64,000 nucleotides of DNA from an uncultured Nitrososphaerales archaeon (GTDB lineage Archaea > Thermoproteota > Nitrososphaeria > Nitrososphaerales > Nitrososphaeraceae), in NCBI GenBank assembly GCA_963709405.1, contig CAVPXM010000069.1:1-64000 (forward strand). The letters run 5' to 3'. The notes under the pieces are model-generated. The model was not told the DNA's origin, did no database searches, and worked only from the letters and a program-made list of their open reading frames with translations. The stretch's first letter is position 1. Every line of letters starts with the position of its first letter. Both the position numbers and the translations under genes were made by a program. This document shows positions 34,478 to 45,456 of this stretch, piece by piece.

Positions 34478-35530
34478 TCAACTACTATCAGTTCGAATTA
34501 CTACAAGTTTATCAGTTCCAGACTCTGCTCCCCATACCTCTCCAGACCTACCAAGAATCTGACGTACATTGGCGCCCGGAGTTGGTAAGGAAAATACTTG
34601 GAACTTTTGTTGCACGGGATCAAAACGCAGTAGAGCATTTGCACCAAAATCGCTTAACCATACAATGTCCTTGTCATCCACATAGACAGCATAAGGCTCG
34701 GGTTGTTTCCTGGCAGTCGCATCTCTTTCCATACCTTAGACATAGGATCATAAACAGCCAACTGTCCTACGTTCCATTCAGTTACCCAAAGACGTCCATG
34801 AGAATCTGGCCATACACGTCGTGCACCTTGATTCTGAGTAGGCGGTTCAAGTACTGTAGCCTTTCCGGTTTGTAAATCAATGCGGGCGACATAACTTCCA
34901 GCCAGTGAAGTAAAGTATACCGTACCATCTGGAGTCGTAGAAATGCCATATGGTCCTGTTCCACGTGGTGCTTTGAAGACCTCTATCTTACTGGTTGACG
35001 GATCAAGACGGCCATAAATTCCACTCTGACCAGTAAACCAAAGCATTCCACTGCGATCGAATGTGGCGGTGTTTAGATTAGCATAACCTGTGCCTCCAGG
35101 TAACGCAAATAACTTGACCTTTTCTGTATTGGGATCAACACGCACAATCGCATTTAGTCCTCCATCTGTAATCCAAGCACCATCCGGTCCTACAATGACA
35201 CCATGTGGCGCAGACCCATTACCAAGCGATATTTGACTGGTCTTACCTGTCGTTGGATCTAACCGTCCCAACTGGCCAGATAACTGAGCCGTGTACCAAA
35301 CTGTCTTTCCATCATCTTGCCGTGTCCAACATCATGTGGTCCTGAACCTAATGGGACAGGGAATTCTTGAGCGTAGGCTTTGCAAGGCGTAGTATAGAGG
35401 ATAATGGTTTTCCTTCTCCTTTAACTTTCTCGGACAGAAGTAGAGGTTGTTGTTGTCCTCCTACAATCATTGTAAAACTTAGGATAAGCAATAGAATTAG
35501 TGAGCATGTAAATACATTATCTCCACCCAT
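34478..35530 (-). pseudogene. Virginiamycin B lyase (Vgb)-like beta-propeller, frameshifted
   Basis: SAPHGVIVGPDGAWITDGGLNAIVRVDP, LNTATFD, GPYGI, GARRVW, EPYAVYVD, VRQILGR; split over at least three frames. Confidence 0.88.
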
Positions 35531-35650
35531 AAACTAACCTTCTTTTCCCTTTAGTGATGTATTGTCTTACATAATATTAGACATTATCCCTTATCTTCTC
35601 ACTATATAGACTAAAAAATAGAGCAGAAGATGTGCAGCAGTGACTACTAA

Positions 35651-36105
35651 TTACGCAAGAGAGCTAGTATGTTTATGCATTGCAGAACCGTTTATCATAA
35701 CCATGTTAAACATACTTGCAAATTTCCCAGAACTAGTGGCTGGCGTGTTAGCACCAGTATTATTGCCTAATGTCGGTACGGCAAAAGTCGAATTAACTTT
35801 CGATGGCAAACTGGCTTTCCACATTCCTGAGACTATCCAGGTAGGTTTCCCCTCCGGATTATTTTGTAAACCTGATATTGTCCCCATTAAAAAGTCTCCA
35901 CTGCGCATCATCATTTTACCCCCATTAATATATGGGTGGGAAGAATATGCCCTCCACCGCTAGCTAGAGGCATAGCCATTGCTGCATTTGAAGTAGAAGT
36001 AGATAATGAATAGGTTGTTATAGCAAATACAAGGCCGGATAATAAAATTAGTGTAGTAATTCTGCCTGAAATAAAAGCGGCGTTCCTCTTTTAGTTGACG
36101 TTCAT
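35651..36105 (-). pseudogene. Truncated secreted hypothetical protein
   Basis: GTISGLQNNPEGKPTWIVSGMW...FNMVMINGSAMHKH, with a broken signal-peptide region upstream. Confidence 0.55.
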
Positions 36106-36361
36106 TGTTTCTAAATGAAGTAATGTGATTTTCAAAGTCGCTCTATCGAAGCATTAAGAATATAAGAATTACAGCTCATTCGACGAACGTATAGTCTCAT
36201 ACAGTCCGTACCTTCCTTTATTTAATACTGCCAATGACTGGATCACACTATCTCAATCTCTCATTCTATAATAAAATAATATTTTTGCTCACAGTGGTGA
36301 CAGCGCAATGCAGCTCATGAAAGCTTTTATACTGTATTAAGGCATACCAGAGATTACAAAT

Positions 36362-37639
36362 ATGAGAAGAGAAAGAAAATTATCGAATATAACAAGTCTA
36401 TCTTTCTCTATAATGGTTATTATCCTAGCAATTGCTCTAATTGCAGGTTTACTCTTTGCTCCAGTTTTGACAAATCGATATGTAGTAGTTGCACAGCCAG
36501 CTATAACCAAAGATCCACATCTAAAAGTGGAATCAATAGTGAGTGGTTTATCTTCTCCAACAAGTATGGCATTTATAGACAATAACAATATCTTAGTTTT
36601 AGAAAAAGAAGGAAATGTCAGACTAGTATCAAATGGTCAGTTACAACAACAGCCTGTGCTACAAGTACCAGTGGACATAAAGAGCGAACGTGGCTTGCTT
36701 GGAATTGCAGTGATGAAAAATAGCAACACTGTATTCTTGTATTATACCGATTCACAAGCAGGAGGAGAGCTAAGAAATAGAGTTTACAAATACGAATGGA
36801 ATGGACAGACACTTGTTAGCCCTAAATTAATATTAGACCTTCCTGGACTGCCTGGACCGAATCATGATGGTGGAAAACTAGTCATAGGAAATGATGGTAA
36901 TCTATATGCCATAATTGGCGAACTAAGACATAATGGCAAACTTCAAAACATTAAAGACGGACCTGATCCTGATGATACAGGTGTTATATTTAGAGTAAAT
37001 CCTGCTGACGGTTCTCCAGCGAAAGGTAATCCATTTGCAAATAATGGGAATGCGGCAATGCATAGATACTATGCATATGGTATTCGAAACAGCTTTGGGA
37101 TCGCAATTGATCCTGTTACAGGTAATCTTTGGGAAACTGAGAATGGAGAAGACACTTACGATGAGATTAATCTGATCAAACCTGGCTTTAATGGTGGATG
37201 GAAGGTCATTATGGGTCCAATGTCTAAAGGCAACGGTATAACAGAAAATGACTTGGTTAACTTTCCTGGTTCTCATTATGCAGATCCTGTTTTTAGCTGG
37301 CTAAAACCAGTTGCAGTTACTGCAATTGAATTTCTAAAATCATCAAAGCTTGGAACAGATTATCTGAACAACATGTTTGTTGGGGACTATAAGAATGGCA
37401 ATTTGTATTTCTTTAAGCTAAACAAGGACAGAACAGCTATAGAACTTGATAATAATCAACAAGCTGCAGGTCTTTCAGACTTGGTTGTAGATAATAAAAA
37501 TGAATTAGAGGCAGTAAAATTTGCATCTGGATTTAATGGTATAACCGATATCAAGACAGGACCAGATGGATTATTGTATGTCTTGTCATTTGGTGATGGA
37601 AACATCTATAGAATTAGTCCAGCATCTTCTACTTCTTAG
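36362..37639 (+). CDS. PQQ-dependent sugar dehydrogenase (GSDH family), secreted
   Basis: Signal peptide, ERGLLGIA, NHDGG, YAYGIRNSFG, WETENG..DEIN, DIKTGPDG.LYV. Confidence 0.93.
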   Translation: MRRERKLSNITSLSFSIMVIILAIALIAGLLFAPVLTNRYVVVAQPAITKDPHLKVESIVSGLSSPTSMAFIDNNNILVLEKEGNVRLVSNGQLQQQPVLQVPVDIKSERGLLGIAVMKNSNTVFLYYTDSQAGGELRNRVYKYEWNGQTLVSPKLILDLPGLPGPNHDGGKLVIGNDGNLYAIIGELRHNGKLQNIKDGPDPDDTGVIFRVNPADGSPAKGNPFANNGNAAMHRYYAYGIRNSFGIAIDPVTGNLWETENGEDTYDEINLIKPGFNGGWKVIMGPMSKGNGITENDLVNFPGSHYADPVFSWLKPVAVTAIEFLKSSKLGTDYLNNMFVGDYKNGNLYFFKLNKDRTAIELDNNQQAAGLSDLVVDNKNELEAVKFASGFNGITDIKTGPDGLLYVLSFGDGNIYRISPASSTS

Positions 37640-37937
37640 CAACATCTATCAATACATAATAAAAGGAATTAGGAATATCAAAATAACTCAATGCAGTAGT
37701 ATACTGCAGGTAATTAGAATAGTAACCTCTCCTCAGAGACGTTACCCTTGTGGCCTTAACTCGTTCGATCATACCTCAATAGGATGTCGATCTCTCATCG
37801 ACTTGAGAAACCGGAAGTCAGGAAAAAGACCTACTGAGTGAGGCAAAATTTTGAGCCACGAAACAAATTTTTTTTCTTTATTGCGACGTTGGGCATCATG
37901 ATAATTTAAAATCCTTTAATATTTAATCATTGTATTA

Positions 37938-38252
37938 GTGTTACAGGAGAATGTATTGAAATGGGTAAAGAAACCCAAAATTGATAACGAGCATGGACAT
38001 AATACGTGGTTAATTAGCAATAGCACATTCTATTTTGTGGATCGTCTACTCATGAATCCGGATCATCCAATACACGCTGATGACATTTTCAATCTCACCA
38101 AGCTATCAGAATCCATTCTTCTAGCCGAAAAAATCACAACTTTGCCGATCCATGGTGAGGCAAGGAAGGCTTTCATTGATAATGAAATTTTTAGGAGATT
38201 AAAAAATGACATTGTTGAACTCAAGATAAGTAGGGCACAAATAAATAAATAA
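37938..38252 (+). CDS. Hypothetical protein (possibly truncated)
   Basis: 104-aa ORF, AT-rich TATA-like upstream. Confidence 0.4.
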   Translation: MLQENVLKWVKKPKIDNEHGHNTWLISNSTFYFVDRLLMNPDHPIHADDIFNLTKLSESILLAEKITTLPIHGEARKAFIDNEIFRRLKNDIVELKISRAQINK

Positions 38253-38402
38253 CATCACAATATTGTTATTATTCGAATCGCTATTTCAAATTTGGTGTTT
38301 TATAGAGCACATATTCCATTTAACAACATAACCTGAACAATGAGTGATAAAATATTGAGCAGATACTTTAACTACATAAGTGAAAAATGCTCATAGAAAA
38401 TA

Positions 38403-38864
38403 ATGAATAATTCAAAAATAATGTCGATTGTTATTGCAACGATCGCAGCGGCATTAGTCATGTCGTCAATCCATTCTGCGAGTCATGTATTTGCAAAGAA
38501 AGATGACACTAGCAGTAGTGGTGGCGGCAGTGATAGTGGTAGTAGTGGCAGTAGTGGCAGTAGTGGCAGTAGTGGCAGTAGTGGCAGTAGTAGTGGGACT
38601 AGTAGTGGCAGTAGTAGTGGGACTAGTAGTGGCAGCGGATCTGGTTCATCCAAGAGTGATTATGATAATTTCCAAAAATGTCTTTCCGATGCCGCGACAG
38701 GTGGTTCTGCGGCAAAACAGCAAATAAAAGATTGCTTTGATTCTACCTATGGGAGTGGAAGTAGCAGCGGCGGTAGCAGTAGCAGTGGCAATACCGACAA
38801 TTCTGGTAGCAGTAGCGATACAGGTAATAACCCAGACAACACTAACAACGATGCCAACAATTAG
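38403..38864 (+). CDS. Secreted Ser/Gly-rich protein with a small two-Cys core
   Basis: Signal peptide ending HVFA; SSG repeats flank YDNFQKCL...IKDCFDSTY. Confidence 0.8.
   Translation: MNNSKIMSIVIATIAAALVMSSIHSASHVFAKKDDTSSSGGGSDSGSSGSSGSSGSSGSSGSSSGTSSGSSSGTSSGSGSGSSKSDYDNFQKCLSDAATGGSAAKQQIKDCFDSTYGSGSSSGGSSSSGNTDNSGSSSDTGNNPDNTNNDANN
38541..38633 (+). repeat. Coding tandem repeats: 5x AGTAGTGGC then 2x AGTAGTAGTGGGACTAGTAGTGGC
   Basis: Directly visible. Confidence 0.92.
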
Positions 38865-39038
38865 CAAAAATTAGACACATATGATAGTATATTATCTGTA
38901 ATCCTAACTCTTTTTTAGATTCTTAACTGATAAATAAACGAACATCAGCAAACGTCTTTCATAGACACCGCATAGGACTTTTATCTGTGAGATTTATAAT
39001 CGCTGCAGAAATACCTCCACAAGCCGGAAACAGACTAT

Positions 39039-39455
39039 CTAGAAACTCATATGTATCCCGACCAGAGCGTTCTCTTCTGGGGAGGCGTTCCAGTAGCCAT
39101 ATTTGCCGCTAATCGCTGCGAAACGCGCAAGATCTTCTGGCGTCACAGGCAGAGGGATGCTCGTCTCCGGTCTTCCAGTCTCCTGAAAGAATTGTCCGAG
39201 CTTTTTGGTCATGATGATGAGAACAACCACAGATGCCCCAGAGACGTTGCGCCAGGCGTGTCATGCATTAGAAGGCACATGAATATAATCGCCCGCTTTT
39301 GCTCCGATCGATGTCTGGTCCTTGCTGTCTTGCCTCAGACGCTCTAACTCACACGAGATGACGAGAAAGTCCTCTGTATCGGCGTGAGAGTGAAGGGGAA
39401 CAGAGACGCCTGGTGGGATCGCAATCCAGCCAGTTAAACGCTCCTTGAAACCCAT
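39039..39455 (-). pseudogene. Cupin-domain protein remnant, GC-rich
   Basis: IPPGVSVPLHSHADTEDF...GDYIHVPSNA, then frameshift to FFQETGRP...KYGYWNASPEEN; GC visibly above 50%. Confidence 0.8.
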
Positions 39456-39511
39456 TCTCCGAAAGTATTATTCTTCAGAATATTCTTTTAGGTTCAATTC
39501 CTCTTATAGAT

Positions 39512-39640
39512 ATGTCTGCAATCGTTAGTAGATCAAATCCATCTGGATAACAAGAAAACCTTGAGACTTGTAGATGGCGACATTACGGAAAGACACGTAG
39601 ACGTTATTGTAAAAGCTGAAATTCTTATCTCCTACTTTTA
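39512..39640 (+). pseudogene. Macro-domain protein N-terminal shard
   Basis: TLRLVDGDITERHVDVIV resembles the macro-domain GDIT..VDAIVN motif. Confidence 0.65.
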
Positions 39641-39666
39641 TAGCTAATCGTTCTATTGATAACCAT

Positions 39667-39750
39667 ATGGATTATAGCAGATTATGTAAAGATATTTTGA
39701 CCTAGACCAAAAGATTCGGTTCGCTGCTATATTTGACATGACAACAGAGT
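39667..39750 (+). pseudogene. N-terminal shard of a Nitrososphaeria roadblock/DUF6659-like protein
   Basis: MDYSRLCKDI-(shift)-DLDQKIRFAAIFD. Confidence 0.5.
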
Positions 39751-39810
39751 TCGAATTACCGTCTGTCTTATATTTACCAATACCCTTATTATTATTGAAC
39801 AACTTCGCTA

Positions 39811-41955
39811 ATGAACGAAAAGATTAAGGTATTACATCGAGTTGAAGTCATAAATGCGATATTGGACATTTCCTATAATGCAGAGGATAGGATAGATATC
39901 TGTGGCAATTCTAGATTTCCATCATTAATCTTAACTTTTGAATCAATTAGAAAAGCAATAATGAATGCTAAAGATAGAAAATATACAAGGCAAAGATATA
40001 TCTTTGAAATTACAGAGGAAAATATCCAATATTGCAAGGATTTAATGAAAATTGCTGAGATTCGCCATATGAACGAAATTGAAGCTAACTTTTTACTCAA
40101 TGAAAAGGAATATTTGGGCTCTGTAACTTTGAAGGAACCCCATCAACAAGCTGTGTATACTAATGTAAGAGAAATTGTAGAACAGCAACAGAATATTTTT
40201 GAGACTCTGTGGAATGAATCAATAACTGCAGAAAAGAGGATTAAAGAGATAGAAGAGAGAACAGTACATTATGAAACTAGAATAATTGAGGATGCTCAAG
40301 AGATTGTCAAAGAATTCAGTCGCTTAACTGCCAGCTCAAGTGAATTTTGTACATGTTTAACATCTGGAGGAATGCAATATAGTTACAATCATTTTTTTGA
40401 CGTAAAGAAAAAGTTATTGGACAAGCAAAAGAAAGGGGAGCATAAGGGTATCAGATGCATAAGTAACATAGATAAAGATAATATGAATATAGCTAAGATA
40501 CTTCTAGATGCAGGTATCAAAATAAGACATCTTAAAAATCTGCCACCAATGAGCTTTGGTGTTTCAGATAAAGAAATAGCAGCTACCATTGAAAAGATGG
40601 AAGGTGGTAAAAATGTTCAAAGTCTATTACTCAGTAATGAACCTGTATATATGAACCATTTTTATTATATATTTGAAGAATTATGGAAAAATGGAATTGA
40701 TGCTAAAGATAGAATAAGAGATATTGAAGAAGGTATTGAATCAGCTAGCATAGAAATTATTCCAAATCCTACATATTCTATAAAACGAGCTTATGATTTA
40801 GTAAAATCAGCAGAAGAGGAGGTATTAAGAATATTTTCATCAATCCATGCATTTCGTCGTCAAGTAAGATTAGGTATAATGCACTTATTCAAAGACGCAG
40901 TAGAACGTGGTGTAAGAGTTAGAATATTAATTCCTGCTGATCAAAAGGAGATAATACAAATAGTAAACGAGGTAAGTTTGGTATTGCCTCAGCTAGATAT
41001 TGGAAGCGTCGACAAGAGTTTAGAAGGTACAGTTGGAATTATAGTAGTTGATAGAAAAGAATCTCTAATTATCGAGACAAAACACGATTCAAAAGATAAT
41101 TCCTATGATGCAGCAGGATTAGCTGCTTACTCTAATAGCAAACCAATTGCTTTAGCATATACTTCTATATTTGACAGTCTTTGGAAACAGACAGAACTAC
41201 ATCAAAAATTAACTAAGATGTATGAGGAGCTAAGAATCCATAGTAAAATGCAAAAAGAATTTATCGATATAGCAGCACATGAGCTTAGGACTCCTATCCA
41301 GCCAATACTTGGCTTAACTCGTATTCTTCATTCTAATAATAACGGAAATAGAAGATCAACAGCAGAACAAGATGAATTACTAGATGTTATAATGAGGAAT
41401 GCAAAAAGACTGCAGAGACTTGCTGACGATATTTTAGATGTTACAAAAATTGAAAGCGAGTCACTAAACCTAAAGAAGGGGTTTTTCAACTTAAATGATG
41501 TAATAACAAATACTATAGACGATATGATAGCAAACATTGCTACGAGCCAACAAGGAGACCTTATAAAATTAGTATATCAGCCTCGCGATATCTTCATAGA
41601 AGCTGATAAAGCAAGAATAACTCAGGTAATTTCCAATATTCTAAATAATGCTGTTAAGTTTACCGAAGCAAAGCTCAACAAAGGAGAAGGAGGAAGAGGA
41701 ATTATAAATATTAACGCCGAAAAGGTTGATGATGGTCAGGCTATTGTCAGTATTAACGATATTGGTATAGGTATAGATCCTGGAATAATGCCTAGGTTAT
41801 TTGAAAAGTTTGCATCAAAATCTTTTCAAGGTACAGGATTAGGGTTGTATATCTGCAAAAGCATTATAGAAGCTCATGATGGCAGAATATGGGCTGAAAA
41901 TAACAAAGATGGTAGAGGAGCTACGTTTTACTTTAGTCTGCCAATAAGCAAATAG
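39811..41955 (+). CDS. Soluble sensor histidine kinase, paralog of 31245-33437
   Basis: AAHELRTPIQPI, NILNNAVKFT, DIGIGI, GTGLGL; shares FEELWKNG.DA..RI.DIE.G and YSNSK motifs with its paralog. Confidence 0.95.
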   Translation: MNEKIKVLHRVEVINAILDISYNAEDRIDICGNSRFPSLILTFESIRKAIMNAKDRKYTRQRYIFEITEENIQYCKDLMKIAEIRHMNEIEANFLLNEKEYLGSVTLKEPHQQAVYTNVREIVEQQQNIFETLWNESITAEKRIKEIEERTVHYETRIIEDAQEIVKEFSRLTASSSEFCTCLTSGGMQYSYNHFFDVKKKLLDKQKKGEHKGIRCISNIDKDNMNIAKILLDAGIKIRHLKNLPPMSFGVSDKEIAATIEKMEGGKNVQSLLLSNEPVYMNHFYYIFEELWKNGIDAKDRIRDIEEGIESASIEIIPNPTYSIKRAYDLVKSAEEEVLRIFSSIHAFRRQVRLGIMHLFKDAVERGVRVRILIPADQKEIIQIVNEVSLVLPQLDIGSVDKSLEGTVGIIVVDRKESLIIETKHDSKDNSYDAAGLAAYSNSKPIALAYTSIFDSLWKQTELHQKLTKMYEELRIHSKMQKEFIDIAAHELRTPIQPILGLTRILHSNNNGNRRSTAEQDELLDVIMRNAKRLQRLADDILDVTKIESESLNLKKGFFNLNDVITNTIDDMIANIATSQQGDLIKLVYQPRDIFIEADKARITQVISNILNNAVKFTEAKLNKGEGGRGIININAEKVDDGQAIVSINDIGIGIDPGIMPRLFEKFASKSFQGTGLGLYICKSIIEAHDGRIWAENNKDGRGATFYFSLPISK

Positions 41956-42194
41956 ATATTTAATACAAAAAAATTGAAAGCCTATTTTTTCGTTATATAA
42001 ATTCAAATTCTAACATGCAAGAGAAGCCACAGTACATGTACCAAGAGTCAGTACATAGAATTGTTGGGTCTATCCAGTTTGAATCGTTTTGTTCTAAAAT
42101 ATCCTGAAATCTGTGAATGATTGTATTCTCTGCCTGGCTTAAATTTGCATTGACATGCAGTGAAACCTAAAATTACAAATAACACTTCTGGTAA

Positions 42195-43740
42195 TTGAAC
42201 CATAATGCTAATATGATAATGCCGGTATCAGATGAACTAAAACGCATAGCAAAGGGCGAAATACTCTCTGATGATTGGAGTAAAGTAATATACTCTGTAG
42301 ATGCAAGCCATTACTCTATTAAACCATCAGTGATTGTATGTCCATTAGATGAATATGATCTATCGAAAGTATGCCAGTATGGGTATTCTAAAAATATATC
42401 CATAACTGCAAGGGGTGCAGGTACGGGACTTTTAGGACAATCACTTAACGATAACATTATCATTGATTTTACGAAGCATATGAATAAAATCTTGGAGATT
42501 GGAACTGATTACGTTTTAGTCCAGCCAGGATTAGTTAAAGGTATATTAGATAAAGAATTGAAGAAAAGAGGAAAATTCCTTCCCCCTGACCCAGCTAGCA
42601 GCAACTGATTGTACTATTGGCGGTATGATTGCAAATAATTCGAGCGGTGTTCATGCGTTAGGTTATGGTAGCACAATCGAGTTTCTAGATATGGCTAATG
42701 TAGTATACTCTGATGGTAGTTTTGGATCCGTTAGCAGTAGTAATACTAGTAGTTCTGGTAAAGAATCTGATGATGAGAAAATTGCAAAATTGTACAGATT
42801 ATTATCACCTCACATAGAACTAATACAGAAACAATATCCGAAAGTAACAAAGAATTCGTGCGGTTATCGTCTTGATGCAGTAATAAACAATGAAAAATTT
42901 TATCCACATAAAATATTTGCTGCTTCAGAAGGAACGTTAGGAATTGTAACTTCGGCAAAGCTAAAGATCATTGATATTCCTTTGTATAGAGCTACGATAG
43001 TGTTTGGCTTTAAGGATTTATTATCTGCTATCTCGGCAGTGCCTGTTGTTTTACAATTCTCTCCTGTTGCTCTGGAAATGCTTGATCATACTGTGTTTCG
43101 TAATCTTGATGTTGAGGCCTCTCCAAGAGTCATGGATAGTGCTAGTGATGGAGGTTCTCTATTATTTGTGGAATTTGCAGACGACACTCTTATTAATGTT
43201 GAGCAAAAACTTACTTCGTGCAAGGATAAATTATCTTCTGTATCTACGACTTTAGAGACTGTGACCGATGAAAATAGCTCCAGACAAATATGGGGAGCAA
43301 GAAAAAGTGCATTAAATAATGCTATGAAAATGACTGTAGGAAGCAGGAAGCCTGTAGGCTTGATAGAAGATACGGTGGTAAGTCCAGATATACTTTATGA
43401 TTATACTAGATTTCTGCTACAAAAATATAATGATAACAAGTTAGACTATGTAATATATGGTCATGCTGGAAATGGAAATTTACATACAAGACCTATGATC
43501 GATACAGAATCAAAGAGTGAACTTGAATTATTTAATATTCTAGCAGATGAAGTTTTTACTAAAGTAATTAGTTGTGGTGGAACTATAACAGGTGAACATG
43601 GTGATGGCATAGCCAGAACTAAGTATATCGAATTTATGTATAGTGCCCAAATAGTTTCAATTTTTGAGCAAATCAAAAAATTATTTGATCCTAAATTTAT
43701 CATGAATCCTGGCAAAAAAGTAATTAGATCTGATCTATAG
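42195..43740 (+). pseudogene. FAD-binding oxidoreductase (GlcD/D-lactate dehydrogenase family) with a single +1 frameshift
   Basis: ARGAGTGL.GQ, PDPASSN[Y]CTIGGMIANNSSG broken by one extra G at about 42607, SEGTLG, GHAGNGNLH, GEHGDG, NPGK. Confidence 0.9.
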
Positions 43741-43972
43741 TATTAACTGATGTCTTTGTTGGATCTTTTAGCATTCTTTTGTGGGTTGTCTCAGAATTTT
43801 CATTGTTAATTTGGTTGTTTAGTCTTGTAAAATCACCATATTTTCTTATGCGTTGCTCTATTTGTACAGGAGTTAGTTCAACTTCAAGGTCTCTTCTGAC
43901 TGCATTGGATATTTCTCCTTGCTCTAGTCTTTCTAGCCATTTTACCGCTTCTTGCGCTGCTTGTTGTTCCAC
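43724..43972 (-). pseudogene. C-terminal shard of an unidentified gene
   Basis: Protein-like frame with no credible start, back-to-back with the pirin shard. Confidence 0.35.
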
Positions 43973-44117
43973 TCTGGATATCCTTCTAATAGGAGGAGTC
44001 CCATTAAGTGAACCAGCAACAAGATATGGTCCATTTGTTATGAATACTAAAGAAGAGATTCTTCAAGCAATAGAAGGTTATCAAAATGTACAGATGGGTA
44101 AAATTGCTATTCAATAG
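43973..44117 (+). pseudogene. Pirin C-terminal shard
   Basis: LLIGGVPLSEPATRYGPFVMNTKEEILQAIEGYQ is the pirin C-terminal signature. Confidence 0.85.
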
Positions 44118-44383
44118 AGATCTTCCTAGGAGCTCCGAGTCTAGCCAGCATCCCTAGCTACAAAATAAGCAACCAAAAACAAGGAACTTAATATAATGCC
44201 AGTATCGTTTTTCTATATACATTCGTGAAGATACCGAATTGAATTTTACCAATTAATCTACCATTTGCATATCTCATAGCAGGACCACCAAGACACATAT
44301 CACAACGCGATTATTGAACCAAATCAAATGTAATAGCAAACCGCAGCCTTATGTGGTCGAATTGCTGATTTGATAATACTTAA

Positions 44384-44947
44384 CTAAGAGTTAACTAGAA
44401 CTACTGACGTTCCGTTAGTCAAGGTATCAAATGCAGGCGAAAACCTCTTTCCAAGTTCACGCAGCTCGTTTATTTGTTCTACTGAGGCAGTATCGCTTTT
44501 GATATTCACATTTACTCTAAATTGCTGAGCGCCAGGTCTTACTTCATTAGATATACCAGTAAAACCACGCAGGTCTACATCGCCTTCTACATCAATGCTG
44601 ATGCTATCAATCTGGATACCTCTTGATGTAGCGTGAGCTACAATAGTTTGTGTCAAACATGCTGCTAAGCTACCCATACAACCCTCACATACGGTAGGCC
44701 CCCTTCCCTCTCCTGAGAGCTGATCTGGAAAATCATACTGCATCCTATATTCAGTGTTTCTATCTATATTTTGACCGCCAATACGAAAGGCTTTGGAGTT
44801 AGACGTAACACTAAAACCACCATTCCATTCTGATTTTACAGAAAATGTTACTTTTGCCATTTCTGGCTGATTTCGCATGGAATTATATACTGTATTTAGT
44901 ATTTGCGTGTTTACTCCATTGAATCTATCATTTTTCTTACCATTCAT
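44384..44947 (-). CDS. OsmC-family protein
   Basis: FNGVN, DFPDQLSGEGRGPT..E...SLAACL, RGIQID, GDVDLRGF, SPAFDTL. Confidence 0.88.
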   Translation of the reverse strand: MNGKKNDRFNGVNTQILNTVYNSMRNQPEMAKVTFSVKSEWNGGFSVTSNSKAFRIGGQNIDRNTEYRMQYDFPDQLSGEGRGPTVCEGCMGSLAACLTQTIVAHATSRGIQIDSISIDVEGDVDLRGFTGISNEVRPGAQQFRVNVNIKSDTASVEQINELRELGKRFSPAFDTLTNGTSVVLVNS

Positions 44948-45072
44948 TTAATGGAAGTAATGGAAGAGGTCTGCAAATAATAACTTTTGTTGTCATTCTT
45001 TGCATTCATGCGGAAAGACAATCAACAATACGGTATAATAATTGCAATATTCACTGTACTGTTGGTGATAAT

Positions 45073-45456
45073 GTGGAGATCGATGATATATTTACAAAAG
45101 AGCATATTCATAGATGGACTAAGGCATGGAATGATCATGATATAAAAGAAATTCTTTCTCTCTACTCTGAGGATATATTATTTCGTAGTCCTAAAATAAT
45201 ATCAGTATATCCTAATCGGACTTCAGGAACAATAACAAACAAGAAAGATTTGGAAGAATATTTTTCTTTAGGTTTAAAGAAATTTCCAATGTTACACTTC
45301 ATACCAATAGACTATTTCTTGAAAAATCATAAAGTAATATTCGAATATAACGCAACCCCTGATAATATAATACAATGGTCTGTAATCGAAAAGTTTGAAT
45401 TCAACAATGATGGATTGATCGAAAAATCTAATGTATATTATGGTGCGGAAGATTAG
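45073..45456 (+). CDS. NTF2/SnoaL-like protein
   Basis: WTKAWNDHD...LYSEDILFRSP...LHF. Confidence 0.85.
   Translation: MEIDDIFTKEHIHRWTKAWNDHDIKEILSLYSEDILFRSPKIISVYPNRTSGTITNKKDLEEYFSLGLKKFPMLHFIPIDYFLKNHKVIFEYNATPDNIIQWSVIEKFEFNNDGLIEKSNVYYGAED

Noticed and set aside
26831-35530. Antibiotic-resistance island (DrrAB-like, Vgb-like, and the beta-lactamase-like gene at 45697)
   Set aside because: These are generic superfamily members, two are pseudogenes, they are not clustered, and substrate cannot be inferred
38485-38867. Poly-Val/Ala ORFs overlapping the Ser/Gly gene
   Set aside because: Shadow frames of the AGTAGTGGC repeats
42606-42608. TGA as selenocysteine
   Set aside because: The downstream part is in a different frame; the TGA arises from a 1-bp insertion
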